A stretch of DNA of 64,000 nt. Origin: Sphagnum compactum. Its lineage: Eukaryota. The position numbers and the translations under genes were made by a program. Below the pieces are notes generated by a model. The model was not told the DNA's origin, did no database searches, and saw only the letters and a list, made by a program, of their open reading frames with translations. Shown in pieces: positions 12,804 to 28,900 of the stretch; within the stretch, counting starts at the first letter, position 1; every line of letters begins with the position of its first letter. The stretch is from NCBI GenBank assembly GCA_965153455.1, contig OZ234493.1, forward strand, positions 23,240,213 to 23,304,212, given 5' to 3'.

Positions 12804-14534
12804 GCCCTTGCCTATCTTCACCCCCTCCAATTAGCAGGGATCTGGTTTTGACATTCTCTAGTTCCCTTTTATAGGCTGGTGTATGGAATTCTCTTCATTT
12901 TCTCAATGGAGAATTTAGTCTCCACTAATTAGTTGATGTCCATACAAACTCTGATGACTTATATGTCAGTTTGTATCTAAAAGTGAGAAAATAAGAAAGC
13001 TGCCAAACAATCTTTACATAGTCTTTCCCAAGTCTTTGTTCAGCCCCTCCTGGGTAGTCTCTTGTTTGTGGTTTGTTGACCCATTCATAATTTGAACCAA
13101 GAAGCTGGTAAGAAAAAGTTTCCAGTATCCTTTTCTGAATAGATAACATACACAAAGGGTTCTGTATTTTTAGTGTTCCAATATCACCTAGTGACTTAAG
13201 AATTCGATCAAAATGGAAATGGTACTGGTAGATCTGAATTTTCATGCTATGTATTCAGTTTCTAGTCAATCTTTTGATATTGATTGTATACTTGAATTTG
13301 CTTGGGGCTCAAATTCCAGTATGAAATAATGTGCAGAGCTGGCAGCTGCATGATTGCTTGGGCAGTAATGAATTTTGTTCTACCAATGTGGTTCTTATAA
13401 CGACAAGCCAAATTGTGTCATTCCCATGTATGTCAGTGCTTCAGACCCACATAGCTCTGAAGTAGAAATAATTGCAAGCACGTTTTTTGTCACTGTCAAA
13501 AGTTTTGCCCTCCCTCAATGCAGGCCCAAACAAACTCCAGTGTGCTCAAACCTTATGCTTTGAAGAACGTCAGTTGGCCTCCATATGTGGACAGTCACAT
13601 CAGTGGGCAACAATTCAGGGTCCAGTTTCCTAGGAACCAATTTGGACAGATTTGAACCAAATTGAATCCTTGAGTTAGACTGTACCTTGGTCACTAGCCC
13701 AATTCTTGGTTCTTCAAATCAGGAGCTCTCCTTTTAGCACTGTTTTTTGGTCTGGACCAACTGATTTTCCCTCCAAAACAGTTGCCATGTAGATTTAGCC
13801 TCAATTTGCCACTTTTTGGTATCTGACCCTCATTTAAAGGCCTCGGGACCAATTTAAAGCTTTCGACCAATAAGATTGCTTGAATTCATTGGACCCTGGA
13901 CCTTGGACCCTAGTCTAAAGTCACCCTGAGATTGTAGCATTGTGCGTACTTGTAATCTCTTAAGATAGTAAACGCCAGGTGAACATCACCCGCCCTGGAA
14001 AGTTCTAGTAAATAAGGCTTCCCTTCCTAACAACCCATTTCTTGCTTGAAGACCAGCATCACGGTCCTCAGCTATATAACCTTTGAACATAATTGGAGAA
14101 TTGAAATATTCAGCAAATCTAAGATGGGCATCCACTCCAATGAATCAAAAGGTAGAGATGTATTTACATCTATAGTTATCACAATCAAATAAGACTGCTT
14201 TCCAGCCTTAGCAAGCTTTTGCAATTAACCTCCTCACGTCTGTCAGTACTCTGGGTCCCCCCTCTGAATATTGACTGGCAAGGATTGTCAGATCTGTAAT
14301 AGTATAAAACATATCTCAATTCTGTTTGTCAACTGAGTTGTTAAAAAGTTCATTCACCAGATCATTTGTCACAACCACCCATCTAAGAAAACCCTCCTTG
14401 CCAAAGAATAGAGGACAACAAGGTATGTTCCAAAACAAATGATGCCTCCCAATTACAGCAAGTACTGTGGAAATAGAGACCTTTACTAAACTGGCCACTT
14501 AGAATTGGCAAGCAAACTGGATGGCACTTGACCA

Positions 14535-17082
<2,548 letters not shown>

Positions 17083-20000
17083 GGTGTTAATCTCGTGTTT
17101 GTACTTCGAAATGGAGTTCATCGTTTCACGAAAACCAAAAAAAAAAAAAAAACGCAAAGACGATTTTAAAGCATCTGGGATCGGCAGTACTGGCGTACCA
17201 TAATTGAACGGTGGGTGATTTCACGGCGTCGAATTGTCGTCAAACGCGAGATGGGGAGCGCAAACAAAATGGTGAAGCACAACCACGGAGCCGCGTCAAA
17301 CCCTGCAAGAGCGAAGAACACTACAGCAACAGAAGGTTTGCAAATAGTAAAGAGGAAATGCGAAAGTGGAAAGCTCAATTTCAAAGCAAATGCATACGTA
17401 CGTATATACGTATAAGCAAGATGTATATGAATCAATAAAAATACGTACACAATACGTGTATACAGTGCAAGGGTAAGCTTGAAGAGTGAGGGAACAAGTC
17501 AACCGTCAGCATAAAGTACTTGAGAAATGGCCCATTTCCTGATTTTCAAAGGCAGGGAACTCCTTGGGGACATAGGAGAACTACTAGGGGAAAATCACAG
17601 AAGTAGCTGGCCACACAATTGACAAGGGGACCTAGGGGATACCTATATTCATATATGATGCACCATATATAGGTACCTATGTGCTTGTTCTAGCCATCAA
17701 TTTTTATTGGAGTCCCTCTATTGTGGAATTAATTGTCACAGAACAGATTGACAGTGAATGCAATGATGAATATTGTTTTGCTTTGAGGTCTTTAATGAGT
17801 GTAGAGAACAATAGTTGTGTGAGTTTTGGGTTTATGTGGAAGTTCGGTATCAAAAAATAATTCTCAGCACCCAATTCAAGATTGAGTTGCCATTTATTTT
17901 GAAGTATTGAACTTTGCAATGATAACATCGACAACTTTGTTGTTATGTGTTTTCACAACAAGAGCCAAACTTTTGCCATGACAAAAACAATCTGACATCC
18001 TCAACAATCAATCCATGAGCAAAGAACGTGAAACTGTTTGACAAAGTTGTCCATGAAGACGAAGTCAGTGAAAGTTTGTGAAAATGTTCTACAAAACTTT
18101 GTAAGCAAAACTAGAACAGATAGGCAGACCTTGGAGATAGGGCAGGGCTACATAGTACAGGTTCAAACAACAGCTTTCTGGCAGGGGGGGTTACCTCAAA
18201 TTGTGATGTTTGGCCTAAATCTACATTTTTTGAAGATTCAAGGTTTGCTTACTACTAGGCTCGCACTAATGGCCATGTAAGATTATACACAGACTTTATG
18301 GTCCATAACATTGTTGGTATGAATCTAGCAAAAAAAATTGTCTGCATTAGCATCAAGATAAAATTACGACCATGATAGAATTTGCACAACACTCACTTAG
18401 TCCATGTTGTCACCCTAATATTTCATAATCAAGTATCACATTTTTGTTTTCCAGCGATGTTATCTCATTTAATTTATTCTATAATATTAATTGTATTTTT
18501 TGCTTTATCTTTTGGGTTTGGAACTAAGACTAAACTATTATAACACAGAATACACTACGTGGTTTGGGCACCAGAAACATCTACATCTTTGTTGTCATTC
18601 ACACCAAAAACCCCAACACAAAGCATTCTTGCTATGTAGTTTTTAAACTTTTGTTCTAAACATGCAAATTTTGAAGATGATTTTTCATTGCTTCTTTTGC
18701 ACTTTTTGAATTTATGTTGATTTCTATTAACAAACTTGAAGTTTCTTTAGATTTTTCTTGTAAATATATTTGTTAAAATCACGTGAACCAGAAGTTTAAA
18801 AAATCTAATGAACTGGTCTGAAGACTGGACCGGAAATATTCCATCCAAGAAAAATTAAAAATTAAAACCGGGATCAAAGGTTCCCTTTGAAATCACTTTG
18901 GAGGGTGGTGGTGCATTTGAGATTGGAGAGACACTTACATTTATTTTGGAAGGGAACCTTTTTTTTCTTTCTTTTGCTGGGGGCTTGTCTTTACCATCAT
19001 TTTCCCCTTCAATGTGCAAATGATGTTGCCTTTTGTTCTCATAAAGACAACAACCCAGCAAGGTACCATATCTACAACATGTTCTACAGGGTTGAATGTC
19101 ACTTGGTGCTCAAGTAAGATGCCATTTGCAAATTGACAAGTTTGCTGACCACAAGGGACAAGACAAAAATATTGCATGATAGACTCTCTCACATCTGGTG
19201 AATTAAAGGCGTAGAGGAAAAAATGTTGTGATACAAATTGCTGACATCTTGAGTACGATGCTGAATAATGAACACCAAAAGCACCACAAATATCTTCCTA
19301 ACCCCCTTCCATAACAACCTAAAAATTTCCCATGCATATGAAAATAAGATCTAGAAGCCATTCAAACTACTAAGTTATTACATACCACCAGATATTATAG
19401 ACTTCCGCACAATGCAAAGGTAAAGAACTTATTATCACAGGATAGAACTCACCATATATCCTTTCCATGTAAGGCATAGTCGTCAGTGACATGTTTAAAG
19501 AATGTCACATTGCTCAGAAAATAGAGGAAAAAAAATGGGGGAACTTGATCTAGCAACTACGATGGAAAATACTGTACATGAACAATGGATACAGCACTAC
19601 TACTCTTCTGCTGTTGCTGCTGTCATGTGAATCATCCAGCCGTGTCCAATGTATAAATGTGATTTTCAAAGAGTATAGATAAGGGAGAGGCTGAAACTGA
19701 TCTGGTCATGATTTGAATTCTCAACCTACCTATTAATTTGAGATTTCAACAACTAGTTCACTCAAGCTGAGAGCTAGCTAGATTGGGTAGCTTTTCTCTC
19801 TAACAAGGGTGTGAAAACAATGGCCATCTTACAGCATCTCATTACTGCTGACTAGAGTACTGTATCCTACTATTAGATAGTTGATGCAGGATTTTATAAT
19901 GGCGTGGGATTATATTACTCTAAACCTCTTTCCCTTTGGTTCTGCAAGATTTAGATTTTCAGACACGTTAAATCCCTATTAGAATTATAATTCAGAGCTG

Positions 20001-20288
20001 ATCGAATTTCTAGCCATTGTTGCAGGAAGTAACAACCATTAGCTTCTCAATGTATTGAATTCCTGGGTCGGATTTGAAGGTCATAGCACCCATCAATCCC
20101 AAGTTGCCTAATTCTATTGATAGAGTGCAGGGATTAATTTGTGATCTGATTTAAATAGGTGGACAGTGAGCGTGTAAGAAGCATAACAATTACTGAACAA
20201 TATTGTTCTGAGTTGGATGTGAAGTAGCAACAAAACCCATTATGTAAATTAGGCAACTTGATGAGTGGTCGTGAAATTGGCAATTGAC

Positions 20289-22345
20289 TTAGGGTTCAGC
20301 TGGTTTCCGAATGGATTCGACTGACCCTGCTGCTTCCAGGGTAGTGTGCCGCAAACCATATTGGTTGATGACTTGGTTGTCTGCGAATTTGATAGCCCGT
20401 TCCATTTGGGTTTGGCATAACTGGGGTGTGAAGGCTGGATTAATGACTCCATCACAAAATTCACAACCCACAAAATGAGTTACAAATGGCCACCGATCAT
20501 CCCCATACACTCCTGGCTTGTACTTGGCCATCATTTCTTCAAATTTCTCTGTCAAAATTCTCCAGTACCCTTGGAAGTAGTAGGAACGCTCCAAGTATAC
20601 CTTGGAACCCCACTTCTCGCTGCATTCACCACAAAAAACCACATCAAAATTCAGATCAAGGATTACATTTTTTACTGCAGGCTCGGACAGATGAGGATCC
20701 CATATAATTTTCTGTGAGGTTGTTCTTAACTAGGGTCAGCTTCCATGTGGCTCACCTAGTCACTACGTCCAACTTGCCGGGCTTTCTATTTTCCAATTTG
20801 GTGATATCGAAAATATGGCGCATTTTTCCCCAAAAAAGAAGAATTAGTCAAATTTACACTAGGAAAGCAAACACTCTCAAAATTTCCCCCGTTTTTTTGT
20901 GAGGAAAAAACTAAAAACATGGCTCAAAGAAAGAAAAAGAAAACTGCACCCAATCAGGGTTTTCTTTTCCAATTTTTGTGATATCAAGAATTTGTCTCAT
21001 TTTTCCAAAAATAGAAGAAGAATTAATACTCGAATTTGCACTACAAACAAAAAAGTTGCCAATTTTTGGGATCCAAAAACGACAAAATTGCTTGAAAAAA
21101 GAAAGAAAAAACACTGGATTGGATTCATGGGGGGGTAGAGATTTGAAAATAAATTGACCTGTTTGAGAGCATGAGGTATACAAGTGCAGACTGATCATCA
21201 GCTTCGCCTGGAGGTCGATCAGGGAGGGCCTCGCTAAGGAGCGGACCAATGGCGTCACGGACAGGACCCTGGGGACTCATGGGAGCCCAGGCGTACAAGA
21301 GGTCCAAAGACCACTGGCAGTTCCGGAGCAAGAAAACACCAGCATTGAGAGCCAGCCAGCTTCTCTTCTCGTACACCTTGTCATCCCACCCGTGCAACAC
21401 CATGTTGTAGTTCGCGTATTTCTCCAACGGCAGTTGGAACGACATGTCCGTGAAGATGGCGTCGCTGTCCATCCACCAGATCCAGTCCACCTCTGGGTGA
21501 TTCCGCATCAGCATGTGCGTCAGGAATACCTTCACCCACCACAATGTCATGTCGTCATCAATCTTGTCCATGTTGTAGTAGATCTGGATGTCATGCAATC
21601 GGCAATAGTCCATTTTGTTCTTGATGGCCTTCAGAAGCATCTGATCTCCCCGTTTGTTTGGACAAGCTTTTGGGTGTGAGCTCGTCACCAGAAGGATGCG
21701 AGGACCAGGATCACGTTTTGATGAACAACTCGAGTAGTACTGATCATCATCATTATCACGATGCAGATCTTCAGCTGCTGCTGCTACTGCATTACATGAT
21801 CTAGTACTCTTCATCAGCTTTGCCTTGGTGATTTCTTCACGTTGCTCATCCCAGTTCTCAATTCTGGGTCCAAATTTGGTGAACTCCTGGTTTGAGTTGA
21901 AGATCTGTTGCATCTTGGTGTCTATCTCTGTGAAAAGTCTCTTGACATCCTCATCCATTGGTGGTGCTTGATAGACTTTTTCCGACGTGACTTCCTGAAT
22001 CGCGCCAGCTTGATCAATGACTTGTTTCTCCAGCTCATGATCTGAACCGAATTTTCGAACAGCTAATTTCTGAAGTGTTGTTTCACCACGACGTTGTTCT
22101 TGATCGGGTTGTCCCGAATTTACGGCGTCCTTGAAGTCGATCTCGTAGCTTACGCTCCTGACAACCAGTATGCACACAGCAACCGCGGCGAAAACGAGAT
22201 AAATACTCTTGCATTGAAACGTTTGCCGCAGCAGCTGCCCCTGCTGCTGATTGAACCCTTTCTGACCTGCAGCAGCACGCAGCATCCTTCGGTACCAGGG
22301 CAGCTCCACCGCTGCTTTTGTTGGTGATCCTTCTTTCCCTGTCAT
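20289..22345 (-). CDS. Glycosyltransferase family 34 (xyloglucan xylosyltransferase / galactomannan galactosyltransferase-like), 2 exons
   Basis: Exons about 22345-21159 and 20620-20289. N-terminal TM segment IYLVFAAVAVCILVV; motifs KNKMDYCRLH, WIWWMDSDA (DxD), LNAGVFLLRNCQWSLDLL, ADDQSALVYL, YFQGYW and WPFVTHFVGC. Confidence 0.93.
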
Positions 22346-23359
22346 GGAGACTTAATCGGAACACTGCTGCAGGAGGGCAGTACTGTACAGCTAATAACAG
22401 CTAAATGCTCCTCGCGGTCTAAACAACTCCACGACATAGAACAATCTATAATACCAATCTGAAGACAAGACGAATATGACTCATGCAGCAGCAGGAAATC
22501 ACAACTCCAGAACAAGTCATGACTTGGATTCATACCAATTGCAGGAGTGTGTCCTCTGAGGGGCTACATAATTGGGGACACATAAGTTGGGAAGTACTTG
22601 CTTTTCCACTCATTTTGGTAACATGGGGACATTGGGGGAGGGGGAAGTAGGTACATGCCTTTCCAGTCATCATGGTAACATGTAGAGCACAGGGGGGTAA
22701 CTCAGTGGGTAAAAATGTTTAACAGGGATGATTTTATCTCCTAAGATGGGATGGAAATTCACTTGTATCTGTACAATATACTTTTACCCTAGGGTTAGTT
22801 TCGTCATTCAATTATCTTTTAAATAGTGAAATGAATTTTTGTATATATGATTAAGTTGAGGTGTTGAACACTATCATAATTATCACAGGCTTCAATCTGA
22901 ATGATTTTAACTCCTCATACGAGGGTATCATAGTAGATCATGAAAAATATTTTAAAAGAAAAAAAAAACCTAATTTTTGAAAAAAAATAAGTTTATTTAA
23001 TTTTTCCATGTGGAAATTGACCCTAGGCTATCTATCATTGATATGACAATATCATCATCCCTAAGATTGGATGGAATTCATTTGTGTCTTTATGTATCAA
23101 TGATGGGACAATTTCATGTCCTAAGATTTTATTATACATACTTAGCACACCAGGATTTCAAAAGCTTGGGGGCTGCCTGAAGGCTTTTACAAAGGACCTA
23201 ACCAATTTCACTAAGCCAGGCCATCAAGTTACAGTAGAAACAAAATTCATGGGGTAAGGCCTTCCACTAAGGGTGCTCATTGTCATAAGCTCCCTATAAT
23301 CGCCTTTGGTCAAATCTGTAATGTCCTCTCTAAGGGTATAGGGAGCTTACAACCATTCA

Positions 23360-23796
23360 TCTAGTAAGGGAGGTTGTTTGTTTGTTTTGTCATAGTGAGA
23401 TTTCCCAAACCATGGCGCCCCCTATCATGCTCTTGGTATGGTTGGAAAGGCCCTTGATGAGATTGGGTACATTGAGGTGGGTTTGCAATGTTTGGACTTA
23501 TTGTACATGGGTTATTGAAATTTGAACAATTTTGTCATTTCAAATCATAATGTTAAGGAAATTGGGGTGTGCTCTATGTAACATTGGAAGGTCCTTGATG
23601 AGTAGGGTTTCATGGAGATGATTTTGCAATTTTTCAACCTAAGTTGTAGGTAATCTTGAATTGCGAATTTATGTCAAAAATTAAATTTTTTTGTTGAAAA
23701 TTGGATTTCAGCATCACACCTTAAGAAGGAGTACATTTTCCCCTTTCAAAATTCATTCAGTATTACTATATGTGATAACAACACAAGACACACTGG
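23360..23796 (+). mobile_element. Possible non-autonomous Helitron-like repeat
   Basis: Starts A|TC (23360) and ends CTGG|T (23793-23796; CTRR). Internal repeat GGAA(A)GG(C/T)CCTTGATGAG occurs twice. No convincing subterminal hairpin. Confidence 0.25.
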
Positions 23797-25958
23797 TAAT
23801 ATACGGGAAATGGGAAACCTTACCTTGTGTGAAAACTTGTTGAAACAAATTACAAATAGTAAAAGTCCCTGTCAAGCATCTCCAATGATGCAATGATACT
23901 GGTATTGCCACAATTAAGGGCAAGTGCTTGAATGCATGTGCAATGTTGGAACTAGTGTTGACTGGCTATTGAAAAAACACTTGATCATCAACCCCGGTTT
24001 ATGGATAGACTACTAATTGATTGTTAATTTATTTGAAAATCAATAGATAATCTACCCACTTGGTACATATTACTCCAAGAACCAGCAAGACCTTTATGGG
24101 TCAGGTATTGAATTTTCAAATTTTTAATAACCTGCCTAGATTATTGGAATTTCATCTACATAAGTTATTACCGCTGAAATCGGTAATAGAAAACATGAAA
24201 ATAGAAAAAAAAAAACCTTATAACCTACCCTACCTATGTAGTATAACCAACAGTTCTCAAGGTGGGCATTTGAGAACCGATCCTTATACATAATTCATAG
24301 AAAATTCCATTTGAAGGCCTATGCTACAATGCTCGATATGTCAAATGGCATGAGACTTCCAAATTTTCTCAAACTTAGAAACAAATAGATTTTTGAATTG
24401 GATCCTTCTTCACATTAATTAGAAAAAACTCTTTTTTTTATTAAGGTACAATGAGTGTGTCTCAAGACTTGGGGTCCAATTCAAGTGTTCGATATAAAAA
24501 ATGTGTGTCCTTTTTCTCTTTTTTTTTCCATAGTTTTTTCTATTTTTTGTTTTTTATTTTTAAACTTGAGCACCAAGAATTTGGCCTCCCCATAAAGAGT
24601 TTTGCATTCTTAGCTGCTACTGGTTACTATATTGTTGATCAAAGTTTGACAACAACATCAAATGCACATCAAAAGCAAGATGAAGAGCAGAATATATGAA
24701 TGTGGAAAAGCTAGTCCTCCACAAGAAAGACAACAGTGCATGCATGTCCAACAGCAATGCAATCCTTCAGAAAAGAAAATCCAAATATTCTTCAACAACC
24801 ATCACCTGCATGCAACCTCTTGCTACTTACCTACCGTCTTACCCATCATGCAATTCATGAATGGGTTTCTGCATGGGTTTCTGAAGGTCGACACCAAACC
24901 TACTTGGCAAATGACAAAGGAGTTTCCAACTGGAGGGTGTTGGTGTAATTCAGCAATGATCAAATATAGGTAATTATTATTATATACACACCTATATACC
25001 TTCCTTGTGCTTTTCCATGCAACGTAATGTGATGACCAAAAATTATTGTCTTTGTGTTGAAGCAGCAGTAGCAAAGGAAACAATTGGGAGATAATGATTT
25101 GAATTGAAGAACCTTGTTCACAATAAACATACTGTAGGACCTTGGCAGCCTCAGCACAAATTTTATTATTGTCAGCAATGATGAATTTTTTTATCAAAAA
25201 AATTTCATAGGAAATTATTTTGGGTGACGGAAAATGAAGAATCTTTTGGAAATCTATTCTGAGAATATTTTTTTCTCGGACTGGAATCTTCAGTATTAAT
25301 TAATTATTTATTCATTCGACAAATGTGTACTGAAGCCGCCCGTGTACTATAGTAGTCAGGGCCTTATTTTACTTTAGAAGGACTGAAATCAGCTCTACAT
25401 ATCAGTCACCAAACAATTTTGACTCTGATGTTTGCAATCTCTGAATCTTTCTTTCCAGATTATCAATACAAATAAAAGATTGTCAAAAGAAATCTTTGCA
25501 ATAGTCAACAAATATTGCATGATTGTGCAGGTTTCCCAGTTGTTAAGACTGATTAATTTCATTAAAGAATTCAATTTGTCAAAAGAAGTCCCTACTATTG
25601 ACTTATAAGCCCCAATTCTTATACTCACTAGTAACAACTACTAGCCTTTTTTTTGGGCAAAATTTTGGACTTTTTATGGGTTGCAAATTCAATGATTCTT
25701 TTGCAAAAACAATTGCCAAAAATGATCTGATTGTTAATAACATTCTTTATACCATGTTAGATAACCTTCAAATTGAGTTTTTAAATTTAGAATAATAGAA
25801 ATATGGATTTTACCATGCTGGATTGACTCCTTTTGAGTTAGCATTAGCACTTACATGTTTTGACATGCCAAAGGACCAGTTTCCATATAAATGTCAAAAG
25901 TTAGAGTCTGCAGCATCTAAAGCAGGACAGATAAGACAGCATTTACAACATATAGCTC

Positions 25959-28900
25959 CTAGGCATCTGTTTTAAGGCCCAAGTGGCCATCACACACATT
26001 GATACTATCAGTGACCTGAATCCCCTGTTGGGCCACTTCATGGTCCAGGGCTGCCACACTGTCGGTAATAGTGGGGCGCTTTATGTGCCGCACTGCTTCA
26101 TATGAGTTCCCCTGTGCAACACCCACTGTCATTCCCATATAAACCAATGTCTCCAAACTCCGCTCGCTGTTTGCCAGCAAATCCTTGTCCAATTCAATTG
26201 AGCTCTGCAGAAAAAAAATCATTTATTTTTAGGGTTAACTCGGAGTAACAATTCAACTTTGATGCCCAAGCCAATTGCTTTGGTCCAAATCCTCATCATC
26301 AGACTTAGCAGCTTGCTGTGTTCCTCAGGTGTTTACTAGCCAGATGTCAGTTCCTCACAAAATTGTTATACTTGGTTCAAGACAATGGGTTCTCCAACAG
26401 CAGATTGCACAAATAACTCATAAAGCTATGGTGACTGTCATGTCTTCCTACTTTTCATGTCATGTCTATAACTGGATGTCTTCAGTTTATATCAACATCC
26501 ATTTCCGATACACACACACACAATTCTGACAACATGAGAAGCCAACCAAACACTACAAATGAAGTGTAGGGATTCTGAACTAACCTGCTGAAATACAACA
26601 ATGACTGTACTGCCGCCAAATTGAAAATAACCCATCTGCACAACCAATCCACCACTCATTAGAACACCAACCAAAGTTGGACCTGTCAAACAAAGCAAGG
26701 TGATAAGTATACCAGTGATAGCATAAGCATTGATTGAGGGTCAATTATAAGTTGCATTTCCCTTGGACAAGTGCAGATGCACAGGGCCCCAAGAGAAAGA
26801 ACAACATTTCGGCACATTTTTCCCTTGAAGCGGGGAACTGCTTGGAAGTGATTTGCAGAGGCATTTAATTGCAAAGTACAAACAGCATATACCAACCTGC
26901 TCTCCCTTCTTTATCGTGTCACCTTCCTTCTTGAACAAGTTGATGGAACCAACCATGGTGGCCCCAATTGCCACCATTGCCACCTGATCCATAGACACAC
27001 AATGAAATTCAATAAATCATCTTCAATTTTTCAGAAGGGAAAGCCATTATTCTCCTACATCTAAATGATGTTGAAGGATGAAGTCACAAACAGTGTGAAA
27101 TATGTGCAGAGAACATACCATATCCAGTAGTCAAGGATCTGATATAAGTACTAACCTTGCCAAAGTCACTGGTGTCAATAATGTAAATAGCCCGCTTATT
27201 GTCTGTGAAGACATTGCAATACTTACTGTTGACAGCTATAGGATTAACCTGCACATTTTCAAATACAAGGATGCCCACAGCAACTGAGCACCATATTGAT
27301 TGTTGCTTTTCCAGGCAAGAACTCGAACGTTCATGATCACAAATTATGTTTTAGCAAAAGGAATTCAGCATGTGTCAGAACCATCTTTATTTTCCACATC
27401 TTTGTGACATTAGGAAGTCATCCTATCAATAGCCTTCTGCAGAAGAATAATTATCACAGACCAAAGATATAAATCAAAGACCTTGAGTAGTTGCACAAAA
27501 AAAATATTCAACATTAAGAACACTTGTATGTGGAACCATACCGTATAAAGATAACCCGAGATGTTTACAACTTTGATCATTTTCCCACTAACAGGTGCAT
27601 GAAACCGATGGTAATCCTGGTTGCAAGATAAGCCCAAGTTAGGCCCAACCTCTGGACCAAGTGGAGTAGCACACAAGGTCTCTGCCTTATTAGCAATGTG
27701 TGCCAACAATGTGAGACTAAAGTATGGGTATTCCAGGTCTACAATGAATAGGTCTCTAGCACAAGAACCTCAATTCACCTGAAATTCCTCACATTGCTAA
27801 ATATAATCCTGCTTCAACATTGCTCATTGGGCAAAATTGTACACTTGTACACATGTCTGTGGAGTAAAATCCCCAGAACATGTTTGAAGACTTTGAGCAG
27901 TCAGGTGAACTCCTAAATAGGTAATCTCATTGTTAATACTCATGACACCAAAGGAAACAAGAACATACTACAGAATTGAGAGAATCAGAGAGTACAAGAG
28001 ACCTGGGGTGCAAGGCGAAAGGTAACCATTGGGCCACCCTCAAAGTCCTTGGCTATGTGTTCTCCCAGCAGCCCTGTGACAGAGAACTTCCGGCCCTGTA
28101 GAACCCATTTGTGACTTGTCAAAATCAATTCATGGGCTCAGCCCAGGGCACTAGTTCTATTTCCCACTATTCTTTTGCAAAGAAGTAGAAAGAATACAAC
28201 CACACCATTGCAAGCTCAATATAACATATCTGAATTTGAGATTCCACAAGTACTGAATGCTCCAAGGGGAAGAAAATAAGCTGACAGGGCCCTTGTGTAA
28301 TTTCTAGACCAAATGTAAATTCCAATCCTTGTGCCAGTGACCACATTACAGTTTTCTCATGTCAATCAAAGATGGAATCTTAAGTAGGAAAAAGAGACAG
28401 GCACCTTGATCCAGAAACGAGTGGCATCATCAGGACTGTTGAATGCCATCAATCGAGAATCAGCCGCACATACTGCCACTGAATCAATGTCCTCATATGC
28501 AATTGGACGCACACCAGGCTTAAGCTCCCTAATGAAAAATTCATTGAATGTCTGCGCGCATAAAGAGTCTCTGGATAAGTTCAATCAAGCAGTAGATCCT
28601 AGAGAGCAAAAAACATGCAGAAAGAGATATGTCGGAGAGCAAAATGCACTAACCTTGTAATACTCAACTGGCTCCTTGAATTCATCAACAATGACACGGT
28701 CCTGCTCAGAGATTGGACAGAGCATCCCATTAAACATGGCATACAGTTAATGACAAGGACAAATCAGAGGAATATCTGGGCGACACATATTCGAAAGGAC
28801 ATGGCCCCAAGTAAATAGATGTAGATCCACAAGATATAACTGCTTGTCAACTAACCTTGAAGAACTCAATGAATTTGGGGATATCTTTCTTTGATTCTGC

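Noticed and set aside
17166-17502. GC-richer segment and short ORFs upstream of centrin, considered as an ncRNA or small gene
   Set aside because: No tRNA, snRNA or snoRNA hallmarks recognised; consistent with promoter sequence.
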